Part shown: piece after piece, positions 43,090 through 53,594 of the stretch
Position numbering within the stretch: the first letter of the stretch is position 1
Layout of the letters: each line of letters starts with the position of its first letter
Assembly: GCA_965240325.2 (NCBI GenBank)
Contig: OZ251233.1
Coordinates: 558,001 to 622,000, forward strand
Source: Rebecca billardiae RCC1528
Lineage: Eukaryota; Protista; Haptophyta
Direction of reading: 5' to 3'
Length of the DNA: 64,000 nt
Notes under the pieces: generated by a model
Database searches by the model: none
Told to the model about the DNA's origin: nothing
The model's input: only the letters and a program-made list of their open reading frames with translations
Program-made: the position numbers and the translations under genes

Positions 43090-43538
43090 GCGACGCCACC
43101 GCCCGCACCCGAGGAGGAATAAGCCGACGGCCCGCTCGCAGCCGACGAGGGTTGCGCCCGCCCTTAGCCGAGGAGTCGCCACCGAGCGGGGTACGGTCGG
43201 TGGACCGAAGTGCTGCTGAGCAGCTGGGGCTATCAGCCCAGGCCCCGCCCCGCCTCGGCTGCCGAAGAGCAGGCCTGCCGCGGCCCGCATCGGCGGCGCT
43301 CAGAGGTAGAATCTACCGGTTCGGTACAGGCGGGTCCGGCTGCCCGTATATAGCCCGCCCAGGAATCATACCGCTTCGCTGGGCGCGCACCCGACGCCCG
43401 GAGCTTGCTGCCCGCCCAGGCACGGTCCGGTCAGCCGCCCTAGCAGGTCAGCAGCGGTTAGCAGCATTGAGGAGCAGCCGATCATGGCGGCGGGCTGGCC
43501 CAGTTATACCCCTATAACCGAACGGTTATAGAACAATA
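43090..43538 (-). repeat. Repeat A2 (449 bp; matches A1 at 46289-46710, which lacks 27 bp)
   Basis: GCGACGCCACC...GGTTATAGAACAATA in both copies. GCCGCGGCCCGCATCGGCGGCGCTCAG is present only in A2. Confidence 0.95.
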
Positions 43539-43918
43539 ACTGGGACCAGGCCCGCCTCGCGGCGGACTCGGCCCGCGGTCCGGCGGCAGCCGCGGGGGCG
43601 GCGGCCGGGTGACAGTAGCGGCGGAGCGCCCGACTGCTATTCCTCCTTCCGCGCGACGCTCCGGCTACGCGGCTAAGGTAGCGATGGGCCTGCCGACCCC
43701 CCTCTTTGCCAGTCGCCCCGACTCTGCCCGCAACCCGCGCTATCTAACGAGGGTCGCAGTTGATCAGCAAGGGGACTGGCTGAGGGGCGGCGGCTCCCGG
43801 CCACCGTCGCGTAGAAGGGTGCCACACCTCGGAGAGGTGGAGGCCCGGTGGCCCGGGGGCCGGTGGCTCGAGGCCGTCCGGGCCGCCGCCGCAGAGGGGA
43901 AGGGTGGGAAGAGACGCG

Positions 43919-44062
43919 AGACGGGGGCCACACTGGCGCCACGCCACCCGAGTGAAAGAAGGCGACGTACGCTCGGACCCCCGCCGCGTTCGGGCCCGAG
44001 CCCACCGCCGCCGCCGCGAGCGCCACACACCCCGCGGCTGCGGCCACGATGGGGTTGTCCAT
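43919..44062 (-). pseudogene. Possible remnant of the tyrosine recombinase N-terminal domain
   Basis: AGVRAYVAFFHSGGVAPVWPPS resembles the G.R.Y..FC...G..P.WP.S start of DIRS-type YR ORFs and lies in the expected place 3' of RT-RH. No catalytic R-H-R-Y region follows. Confidence 0.4.
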
Positions 44063-44297
44063 TACCGCCGGGTATTCCCGGCTTGTTTGCCCAGCATGAA
44101 GGGCCTCGGCCGCCTGGCGCAGAGTGGCGCTTGGAGGGTAGCGGCCGCCCGAAGCCCACGCTGAAACCGACCGGATCGCACCCGGCGGAGAGCGCAGGGC
44201 GGAGGCCCGCCCGCTGGCAGGGTCTTTGATAGGAACGGGCGCCGGGGCAAGGTCTGCCCGGTCTGCCGTGGTGAAGGCAGCGACGAAAGACGCCTGC

Positions 44298-44668
44298 CGC
44301 TGAGCGACGAGATCGCAAGAAGCGACAGCACGCGATGTGCATATCGACCGCTGAGAGAATAAGGGATGGCAAGCAAGCGATGTGCACATCGCAGACCGAA
44401 GATGAGACTGCAAGCAAGCGATGTGCACATCGCTGAAAGGTGAGACTGCAAGGAAAGCGATGTGCATATCGCTGAAAGATGAGATTGCAAGCAAGCGATG
44501 TGCATATCGCTGAAAGATGAGATTGCAAGCAAGCGATGTGCATATCGCTGAAAGATGAGATTGCAAGCAAGCGATGTGCATATCGCTGAAAGATGAGATT
44601 GCAAGCAAGCGATGTGCATATCGCTGATGGAAGATGAGATTGCAGGAAAGCGATGCGCGGATCGCTGA
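44298..44668. repeat. 38-bp tandem array of near-palindromic units (9 cores plus a degenerate edge)
   Basis: Unit GCAAGCAAGCGATGTGCATATCGCTGAAAGATGAGATT, with cores at 44332, 44377, 44418, 44457, 44495, 44533, 44571, 44609 and 44650. Confidence 0.95.
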
Positions 44669-44729
44669 ACGAAGAAGGGGGAGATGGCCGGGGGCGAGCC
44701 TGCGCGCCGAGCGGCGAGAACGCCCGGCG

Positions 44730-46307
44730 TCAAAGGGCCAGCGCCGCTTCGCCCGCTAACCGAGGCTCGGCCGCGAGCGAGCAGAGCTCGAGCCACATGT
44801 CAGCCGACGTCTCCCGGCGCCGGCTGAGGGCGTCGGCGAGGCGGTTGCGAGCACCGGGTAGATGGCAGCACCAGAGCGTGATCGCGTGCTCCGCCACCAG
44901 CAGCGAGAGGCGCTGCAGGAGGCCATTGAGCAGCGCCGAGCCCGGCACACGCCACCGGCGCAGCCACCCGAGGGCCACCTTGCTGTCCGTGAAAAGGCGA
45001 ACGTGGCAGCCCGCCAAGTACGGCGCCCACTCGATGGCAGCATGGAGGAGCATGTACAGCTCCATGTCTGCGATGTGCCTCAGCTCGCCCGACACGCGCA
45101 GCGACGCCAAGTCCTTGCGCAGCGCCCAGCCGTTGGAGCAGGCGGCGCCGCCGCCCGCCGCCTCCCAGGCGGCGTCGGTAGCAATCACCGGCGCGCCCAC
45201 CGCCAGGCCCACCGGGCGGAACAGCCGCCGCCAGCCGGCACCCCGCTCGAGGAGCGCGGCGAAGAATGCGCACTCGCTGGGCAGCGCGGCGCAGAGCTGG
45301 GTCGAGAGACGGCCCTGCGCAAACGCCGACGGCGTGTGCGCGAGATCGACGAAGGGGCGAAGGAAGGCCCGGCACGACGGCTGGATCGTAGCCGCCCAGC
45401 CGAGGCAGCCAATGAGCTTCTGCAGCTCACGCTCGGAGGGCCGCGATGCCCGCAGCTCGGAGAGGAGCGCGGCGTACCGCGCGCGCTTCTCTGCCGGCAG
45501 CGAGACGGCATCGTTGGCGACGTCGACGTCAAAGCCCAGGACCACGGCGCGCTTGGCGGGCGCCACGAGCTTGCCCGGCTTGTCGGCCGGGTCGAGGCCC
45601 ATGGCGGTCAGCGTGGCGCACAGCCGCTCGAACGCCGCCTCGAGATCGGCCTTGCGATCGCCCCACCCGAAGAAATCGTCGATGTACAAACCGAGGCTGA
45701 ACGAGAGGAGGCCGGACCAACGCGCGACGAAGGCGTCGCGAACGGCGTCGGACAGGCGCACAAACCAGTAAGGAGAGGATGCGAGACCGAAGGGAAGAGA
45801 TGTGAAGAAGTAGTAGAACCCGCGCCAGAACACGCAGAGCAGGCTGTAGTCCTCCGGACGTACGGCCATCCGCGCGTACGCGCGCGCGATGTCCACCTTG
45901 AACACGTAAGAGTCAGGCGTGAGGGAAGACAGCATGCGGTCGATGCGCTCGAAGGAGAAGGAAGGGGCGTGCACCCGCGGGTTCACGCCCGAGGCGGTCA
46001 TGTCGACGATGAGGCGCCTGTCGGCGCCCCCATCTTTGGGCACCGAGCCCAGCGGGGACACGACCATGCGCGCGCGCGGGAAGGGGCGGTGCTGGAACGG
46101 GCCAGCCAAAACGCCGAGAGAGACGTACTCCGCGATGCGAGCGTCGACAAACTCGGGGAAAGCGCGCGCTGAAGGATGATTGGGACGGAATGCGGCAGAC
46201 GGCTGGCCGGCGAAGAGCACGTCGACGCCGTCGCGCAGCTCGCGCGACAGGTCGACGCCCGCGCCGCCCAGCAGGAACGCAGACACTTGCGACGCCACCG
46301 CCCGCAC
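44730..46307 (-). CDS. DIRS/Ngaro-type reverse transcriptase - RNase H (no clear ATG start)
   Basis: RT motifs GVLAGPF, SPLGSVPK, RRLIVDM, FKVDIARAY, LPFGLASSP, LYIDDF and VLGFDVD. RNase H motifs IATDAA, HIADMELY, LFTDSKVA and HLPGARNRLADALSR. No stops over 525 codons. Confidence 0.93.
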   Translation of the reverse strand: MRAVASQVSAFLLGGAGVDLSRELRDGVDVLFAGQPSAAFRPNHPSARAFPEFVDARIAEYVSLGVLAGPFQHRPFPRARMVVSPLGSVPKDGGADRRLIVDMTASGVNPRVHAPSFSFERIDRMLSSLTPDSYVFKVDIARAYARMAVRPEDYSLLCVFWRGFYYFFTSLPFGLASSPYWFVRLSDAVRDAFVARWSGLLSFSLGLYIDDFFGWGDRKADLEAAFERLCATLTAMGLDPADKPGKLVAPAKRAVVLGFDVDVANDAVSLPAEKRARYAALLSELRASRPSERELQKLIGCLGWAATIQPSCRAFLRPFVDLAHTPSAFAQGRLSTQLCAALPSECAFFAALLERGAGWRRLFRPVGLAVGAPVIATDAAWEAAGGGAACSNGWALRKDLASLRVSGELRHIADMELYMLLHAAIEWAPYLAGCHVRLFTDSKVALGWLRRWRVPGSALLNGLLQRLSLLVAEHAITLWCCHLPGARNRLADALSRRRETSADMWLELCSLAAEPRLAGEAALAL

Positions 46308-46518
46308 CCGAGGAGGAATAAGCCGACGGCCCGCTCGCAGCCGACGAGGGTTGCGCCCGCCCTTAGCCGAGGAGTCGCCACCGAGCGGGGTACGGTCGGT
46401 GGACCGAAGTGCTGCTGAGCAGCTGGGGCTATCAGCCCAGGCCCCGCCCCGCCTCGGCTGCCGAAGAGCAGGCCTAGGTAGAATCTACCGGTTCGGTACA
46501 GGCGGGTCCGGCTGCCCG

Positions 46519-46524
46519 TATATA
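46519..46524 (-). promoter_or_regulatory. Candidate TATA box inside repeat A1
   Basis: CTATATAC on the sense strand in GC-rich context, ~190 nt inside the 5' repeat. Also present in A2. Confidence 0.35.
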
Positions 46525-46978
46525 GCCCGCCCAGGAATCATACCGCTTCGCTGGGCGCGCACCCGACGCCCGGAGCTTGCTGCCCGCCCAGGCACGGTCC
46601 GGTCAGCCGCCCTAGCAGGTCAGCAGCGGTTAGCAGCATTGAGGAGCAGCCGATCATGGCGGCGGGCTGGCCCAGTTATACCCCTATAACCGAACGGTTA
46701 TAGAACAATATTTTATATGATAATCAAATATACCCCCATACTGATCAAAACCGACTGCTCAATCTTTGTCTCCCTCAGATCTCCCCTGGGCGTGCATGGC
46801 TCCACGGTGACCAATGCGACGGAAGCGCAGGCTGCGCAGCGCCAACGGCGTACGACGCGCAGCGGACGCACCTCCCGGGTCTGTCGCCGTGCCAGCAACC
46901 GTGTCTTCGCGAGTTGGTGACCCTCGCCGCAGCGCGACGCAGACAAGCCCGTGATGCCATCCGCAGAGAGATCAAGAT

Positions 46979-47700
46979 GACACGTCGAGCATGCAACATC
47001 GCCGCGCCATCCTCGTCCATGGCGCAGGCGCTGCGGGACGAGGCGGACGTCGTCACGCCGGTGACGGATGCGCTGCGATTCGTGTGTTTGCTCGAGCAGC
47101 TCGTGCCCACTCTCGATCGCGGGTGGCACACGCTGTCGCTGTGCGCGCGCGCGCAAAACCAACAGCTCCTCGTGCCGCCGAACACGCGGGCGCCAGACCT
47201 GTCGCACGAGGCGAAGAGCGACGATCGCGGGTGGCACACGCTGCCGCTGTGCGCGCGCGCGCACAACCAACAGCTCCTCGTGCCGCCGAACACGCGGGCG
47301 CCAGACCTGTCGCACGAGGCGAAGAGCGACGACCGCGCGAACGTCAACGCGCTCGTGCTCAGCGTGGCGGCCGTGCACGACGTCAACGCGACCTACGCCG
47401 AGCCCATCATGCCCGGAGCGGACATCGGCAAGCATCCTCGCGACGACCGCTCTCGGCTGGCGGCAGGAGGACATGCACACGATCTACTCTGGCGGCTTCG
47501 TCGGCGGCGACTGAGGCGCTCGATTACGCCATCGCGGTCGAGATGCGGCACATACAGCGCGTACCCGCGCTCGCGCGGAGCAACGGGCAACCCGCCCCGC
47601 CCCGCGTGCTGCACATTCCCTCGTGGGTGTGGGCCTCGCCGATGCGCACGGACGTGTCGTACACGGCCTGGCGGGAGAACTTATTCAGAGTTCAGCCTTC
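46979..47700 (+). pseudogene. Degenerate coding fragment with a 108-bp tandem duplication
   Basis: DRGWHTL.LCARA.NQQLLVPPNTRAPDLSHEAKSD occurs twice (units start at 47114 and 47222). Protein-like sequence continues in another frame (EALDYAIAVEMRHIQ..LHIPSWVW). Family not recognised. Confidence 0.4.
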
Positions 47701-48427
47701 AGGTGTTACCACTGGTGATGGTCCGACTGTCCGTCAGGTGCCCACGGCCACAAGCGAATGTGAAAAGACGCGAACCCGCAGAGGAGACATTGCGACAGCA
47801 CTGACACGGCCCGCCGACCCCCCCCCCCCCCCGCCCGCCAGGGCACAGCATTATTATTATCATATTTATTTACACTATAGGCTGCCGTTACTCATACGGA
47901 GAGGCACCCACCCGTCATAAAGACTGGCCGCGGATGGACCTCAGGATCGAGGCCGTTTTGAACGCGCTCGCGCGCGGCGAGGTGAAGCGTGCAGGGGCGT
48001 TCGGCGCTGTGGGCCCCTCGAGGGCGTCAAGATGGACCGCGCCCAAGCGGCTGTCGCCCCCTGGAGCGGCCTCTCCGCGCCGTGCGAGGCCGCGGCGCGC
48101 GGGCGGTACACGACCTCATCCTGTCTGACGCCCGAAGCCAGTTCCGAAGCGGGTACGAGTGGTCGGCTCCCACTGCGCCTGCCAGCGGGCGAAGTCAGCG
48201 GCAGAGGCAGCCGGGAGCGTCGCCATTTCCGCAAACGCAGCAAAATAATATAATACTGCTACTGATATATGTTTATTTTCGTAGTAGTTTTGCGGCCAAT
48301 AACGACCACTCGTACCTGCTCGGGCCGTCAGAAAAAGCTGCTATGGGAGCGTCGCCACATCGGCCAGTCTTTATGGCCCTCCACGGCCTACCGAGCTCAC
48401 GCTCGCGGCGGCGCATCACGCTCATCC

Positions 48428-51400
48428 TCACCGGCTGTTCTTCCCCCGGCTCGCGTACCCGTAGCCGCCGGCCTCGACCTGCTGGAACATGCCGCTGCCC
48501 GGCGTCTTTGCCTTGCCGCCGCTGGAGCGCGCGCTGCCCTGGCGCGAGGCGCCGCCCTTTGGCTTGCCGCCGCTGCCCGTGCCCGGCGTGCCCCGGCCGC
48601 CGCTCGTCCGCGCCTTGAGCGGCGGGCTCGTCGCGACCGCCGACGGCCGCCGCTCGTGCAGCAGGTCGGGCGCGCCGCCGTCGGGGCTCGCGCTCGCCGC
48701 CGCGCCGTGCGCGCCGCCCTCGGCCGGCGGGAGCTGTGCCGTCGCGCGCGCGCCGTCGGCAGGCGCGCCGTCGGTCGGCGCGCCGTGCGCGCCGCCCGCG
48801 CTCGGCTCGGGCTGCTCCGGCGCGGGCGTCGCGCCGTGCGCGCCGCCCGCGGCGCGCGCCGCCGCGGCCTTGGCAAGCGCGCCCAGCCCGCCCGGCCCGC
48901 CCGCCGCGGCGGCGGCGGCGGCCGGTGCGGCGGCGGCGGCGGCGGCGGCGGTCGGCGCCGCCTTGGCGTCGGCCAAGGCTGGCGGCGCGCCGGCGGCGCC
49001 GTCGCCGCCGCCGTCCGTCGCCGGCGCGCCGGCCGAGGCGGCGCGCGCGCGCGGCGACATCGGGGCGCGCCGGCGCGGCGAGCTGGGCGGCTCGGCGGCC
49101 GGCGCGTCCGAGAGCGCGCTGCCCTTGCGCCGCAGCGCGCGCGCCTGCCGCTCGCGCTCCGCCTCCTTGCGCTTCGCCTCGACCTTGGCGCGGTTCTCGC
49201 GGTCGCAGCGCAGCAGCGCGCTCGAGGTCGTGCGCAGCGAGGCGAGCAGACCGAGGTGGTCGGTGGGCGTGCCGTTGGACGCGTCCACGCCGAAGTAGGA
49301 CGCGGCGCCGTCGAGCTGCTTGAGCATCTTCTCGTGCGCCGCGCCCAGCCCGGCGAGCTCGCGCGCGGCGGCGCGCTCGAAGCCCTCCAGCATCTCGCGC
49401 GTCTCCACGCCCTCGACGTACGGCTTGCGCGCCTGGCGCGGGCGCGAGCCAGGGCCGTCGGCGCCGCGCTCGGTCGACGCGCGCGCGCTCACACTGCCGC
49501 GCCGCTCCGAGCCGCCCGGCGGCGGCTCCTCCATCGGCTGCACGACGGTCAGGAAGCGCGTCACCTCCTCCGCCGCCTCGGGCTTGGGCGGCGCGGACGA
49601 GAACATGGGCATCGTGCACGCGACGCCCGACTCGGAGCGCATGAGCGGGAAGTGCGGCGGCGCGCCCGGCGCCGAGCCCGGCTGCAGCACGTCTGCGCGC
49701 GAGCCGCGCCGCGACATCGCGTTGCGCGTCGAGCCGCGGCGCAGCAGCGCGCGGCTCTCGGAGAGGTCGAGCGCGTCCAGCCGCGCCACCTCCGCCTCCT
49801 CGTCCTCGTCCTCGCCCTCGCCCTCGTCCGAGGAGAGCTGCGACGCGTCCGGGTGGATGGACTGGCGGGAGGGGCGGTGCGCGCACACGGCGACCGGCCC
49901 GACGACCGGCCCAAACCGCACGCCCGGCCGCCGCCACTGCTCGCCGCGCAGCTCGCCGAGCGGCCCGCCGAGCGCGCGCTCGCACGAGTCCTCGACGACC
50001 GCGAACACGACGAGCTCGCGAGACACGGCGTTCGACTCGGCGCCTTCGGGCAGCGGCAGCGCGCCGATCTGGATGTCGAGCTCGGTCCACTCGCGCCGCA
50101 TCGAGACGGTCGCTTTGGCGAGCGCGGGCTTGCCCGCGCGCGACTTGCCCTGCACGAGCTGCGCCGCCGACGGCCGCTGCTGCGTGCGCCCGCGCGTGGA
50201 GAAGGTGGGCGCGAGCGTGTACCGCGGCAGGATCACAAAGTGCACGATGCACACGTCGTCCACGCACAGCCGCACGCGCAGCTCGCCGCTCGGCACCGCG
50301 CCCGCCGCGGGCGTCTCGCGCACGAACGCTGGCGGCGGCGGCAGCGGCGGCAGTGCGTTCAGCTCGGCGCGCACGCCCACCAGTTCAGACTGGGGGAAGG
50401 GTGGCGCGGCGGGCAGCGGAGCGGGGGGCGGGGGGCGGAGGCGCGGCGCGCGCGCGCGTGAGCGGCGGCGCGGCGCGGGGGGGCGCGGGGCAGGGGGCGC
50501 GGCGGCGCGGAGCACGGCGCGCGCCCTCGCGCGCACGTCGAGCTGCGAGAGCTGCAAATCGATGGCAGCGAGCGTGTCTGCACCCTCCGTGCCACGCGGC
50601 AGCGGCGCCACCTCGTCGGCCAGCCTGTCGAGCGCCTCGGCCGCGCCGCCGCCCGCCGCGCGCATCTGCGCGGCCAGGTGGTGCATCAGCGAGAGTGTGG
50701 GCTCGCCGCTCGCCTTGATGTCCGCGGTCGAGGGCAGCACGTACAGCTCGAACGCGTCGGCGTTGCCGCGCACCGTGCCCGCGTTCAGGCAGTTGCCGAC
50801 TGCGAGGAACCAGCGGATCAGCAGCCGCAGCGCGCTAGACTCGACCGCGGCCTCGGCTGCGCTCGCGAGCGCGCCGATCGCGTGCCCGCACGTCTCGACG
50901 GCCGCGTCCCACACCCGCGTCGTGAGGATCACCTGCAGCTTGCGCTCGAGGTGCTCGACTTCAGAGAGGTGCAGCAGCAGCGCCTCGGGCGCCGAGAGGA
51001 GGGCGCGCTGTTCCTTGGTCCCCGCGTGCGCGCGCAGCAGCTCGCGCTCAAGCTCGGTGGGGCACAGCCGCACCAGCGTGAACAGCTCGTCGACCGAGAG
51101 CAGGCAGCGCACGTCGAGCGCGCGCACCGTCGCCGCGATCTGCGCGTGCGAGAGCCGCGAGAGCTGCGCGAGCGCGATGCCCACGTTGTTGGCGCGCCGC
51201 AGGTCGAGCAGAGACACGCGCTGCACCGGGCTGCTCGGCACGCCGAGCTGCGCCGACGCGACCGACTTCCGCGGGTCCTTGTTCTCGAAGAGGCGCGCCA
51301 GCTCCTTCTCGTCCAGCGGCACCTTGTCGCTGAACGCGCGCAGCCACACCGAGCTCAGAGGCAGCCGCTGCTTCGGGATCTTGCGCCAGTGGATCGCCTG

Positions 51401-51747
51401 GAGGACGTGCGCGGCGCGGCGCGGGCGCGCCCTCCGCGCGCGCGTGAGCCGAGGGCGCACGCGCACACAGGGAGAGACGCAGACAGACAGAAACACAGCC
51501 AGCCAGCCAGACAGACAGACACACACAGAGACAGACAGACAGACAGACAGACAGAGCGCGCGGCGCGGGACAGCGGGGGCACGGCTGCGGTGGCGCGCGC
51601 ACGCGCGCGCGCGCGTGCAGAGGCGCAGTGGCGGCAGCGCAGCGGCGCACCTTGAGGCGCGGCCCGCGAGCCGCGGGCGGCGGCGGCGGCACGGGTGGCC
51701 CGCCCTTGCCCGGGATGGGCGGCGGCGGCGGACCTTTGCCCCCAGGC

Positions 51748-51778
<31 letters not shown>

Positions 51779-51792
51779 CGCCCGGCGGCGGC

Positions 51793-51857
<65 letters not shown>

Positions 51858-51957
51858 ACCCTTGCCCCCGCCGGGCGGCGGTGGCGGAGTGGGCGGCGGC
51901 GGCGGCGATGGCGCTGCCTTCGCTGCCCCGTCGCCCGCTCCGCCCGGCGGCGGTGGC

Positions 51958-52004
<47 letters not shown>

Positions 52005-52256
52005 AGGCTTTGAAGCTGATGAGCCTGCCGCGCCCGCGCTGCCCGCGCCCGCGCTGCCCGCGCCCGCGCCCGCACCCGCCACACCGCTCGCGTCGCCGCC
52101 GGCGGCGGCCGCAGGCGCTCCAGCAGGTCCACTGGCGGCGGCGGCACCTACGCTCTTGCGACGGCGCGCCCTGCCACCGCCGCCGCCGCCGCCGCCCTCG
52201 TCGCCGCTCTCGCCGTCGCTACTGCCACCGTCGTCGTCGCTACCGCCGCCGCCGCC

Positions 52257-52287
<31 letters not shown>

Positions 52288-53594
52288 CGCTTGCCGCCGC
52301 GCCGCCTCGACTTCTTCGCGCCGCCGGAGGCCTCGGCGCGCGGCTCGGCGTCTGAGCCGCTCGCCTCGTCGCTCTCGCCCGGCGCCATCGGCGAGTCCGC
52401 CACGCTGCTGCCCGTGCGAGCCGCGCTCGAGGCCGAGGCGGCGGAGTGTGGCCCCGACACGCGGCGGCGCGCCGAGTGCGCGTCCGTGTAGCCGCTGCTG
52501 CCGCCCTTGCCGCCGCTCCCGCCCGCGGCGACGGCGGTCGGCGTGTGCGCGCCCGGGCCGAGCCCGAGGCCCTGGTACAGCGGCGACGGCGCGATGATCC
52601 GCGCGAGCCGCCGCCGCTCGCGCTCGCGCTGCGCGCGCCGGCTCAGCCGCGCGCCCGAGCCGCCCGCGCCGCCGCCCGCGCCCGCGCCGCGCCGCGCGTC
52701 CGCGCGCGGCGTGCGCTCGGCCCCGTCGGCGTCGTCTGCGTCGTCGGCGCCCCCCTCCGCGACGCCCTCGAGCTCGCCGTCCAGCCCGGCCCCCGCCGAG
52801 CCCAGACCCGTCGACGCGGACGAGCCCGCGCGCTGCAGTCTCGGCTTGCGCCCCGGGGTGGGCGAGCCCGAGTCCGAGGCCGAGTCGTCCGCGCCCTCGG
52901 GCGCGCCGCCGTCGGCGTCGGCGGCGCGCTTGCGCTGCCGCGCGGCCGCGGCCGCCGCCGCCTCGCGCGCCGTGCTGCTCGGCGCGCGCACGCCGAGCAG
53001 CAGCTCGCGCGCGCCCTCGACCTTGGGGAGCACGTCCGAGATCAGGGCCGCCTCCTCGCCGCCCGCGAGCAGCTCGCTGCGCACGCGGCGGAGCAGGGCG
53101 ATCTGCTGGTCGATGCTGTGCAGCCCGGCGGCGAGGGGCGACTTGTCGTCTCCCTCGCCCTCGGCGCTCCCGGCCTCCCCGCTGCCCTCGAACTCGCTGT
53201 CCGAGCCGCGCTCGACGCTGAGCGACGGCGCGCCGCGGCTGCGCGAGGACCGGGGCGCCCGGCGGCCCGGGCTGCGGTGGCGCTGGCGGTCGACGTCGTC
53301 CTCCTCGTCGTCGAGGGCGGTGCTCGCCGAGCGCCGCGGCCGCCGCGTCGTCGAGCGCCCGCTCGGCATCCGCTGCGCGCGCTGCCGCTGCTGCCGGCGC
53401 ATCGCCTCGAGCGCCTCTGCGATCGTCTGCTTGCGCACGTGCTCCTGCTTCTGGTGGAAGCGGCCGGTGTACGACTCGCCGGGCGAGCTCATCAGCTGCG
53501 CCACCGAGACCGGGACGGGCGAGGCGCGCATGGGCGTCGGGCTCGCCCGCCCGTTCGCGGTCGCGCCACCCCCGGCGCTCGGGAGCCGGAGCAT
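48428..53594 (-). CDS. Formin (FH1-FH2), 3 predicted exons, ~1588 aa
   Basis: Exons 53594-51651, 51397-50537 and 50389-48428. FH1 polyproline tracts at ~51680-52005. Splicing gives RLK|AIHWRKIP. FH2 motifs SVW, ELARLF, LLDLRRANNVGIAL, LAVGNCLNAGT.RGNA.AF.L and LMHHL, with C-terminal ASYFG...DREN. Intron 1 contains an (AGAC)n repeat. Confidence 0.9.
51475..51554. repeat. Imperfect (AGAC)n/(AGCC)n microsatellite in formin intron 1
   Basis: AGACAGACAG..AGCCAGCCAG..ACAGACAGAC runs. Confidence 0.9.

Larger units (their letters stand above)
42749..46710 (-). mobile_element. DIRS-group tyrosine-recombinase retrotransposon with Ngaro/PAT-type split direct repeats (A1-RT/RH-B1-A2-B2), internally reduced
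   Basis: Sense is the minus strand: A1 46710-46289, B1 43810-43536, A2 43538-43090, B2 43023-42749. DIRS-type RT-RNase H lies inside. Both ends and the B1/A2 junction share the trinucleotide ATA (plus strand). No longer TSD is visible. Confidence 0.9.

Noticed and set aside
44298-44668. CRISPR array next to an RT
   Set aside because: Units are head-to-tail with near-identical intervening sequence and no unique spacers. No cas genes are present and the context is a eukaryotic retroelement.
43673-44796. ORFs with repeating MHIACLQSHLSAICTSLACNLIFQRYAHRLLAISSFSD peptide
   Set aside because: This is an artefact of translating a 38-bp unit through all three frames, with no independent sign of coding.
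42749-46710. Classical LTR retrotransposon, retron or DGR
   Set aside because: The repeat order is split (A..B-A-B), there is no integrase or protease, and the RT-RH is DIRS-type. The repeat copies show no adenine-specific mismatches of the DGR TR/VR kind.
48428-53594. Two separate genes (848 aa and 1239 aa ORFs)
   Set aside because: A GT-AG intron at 51650-51398 joins FH1 to FH2 in frame, giving a single formin.
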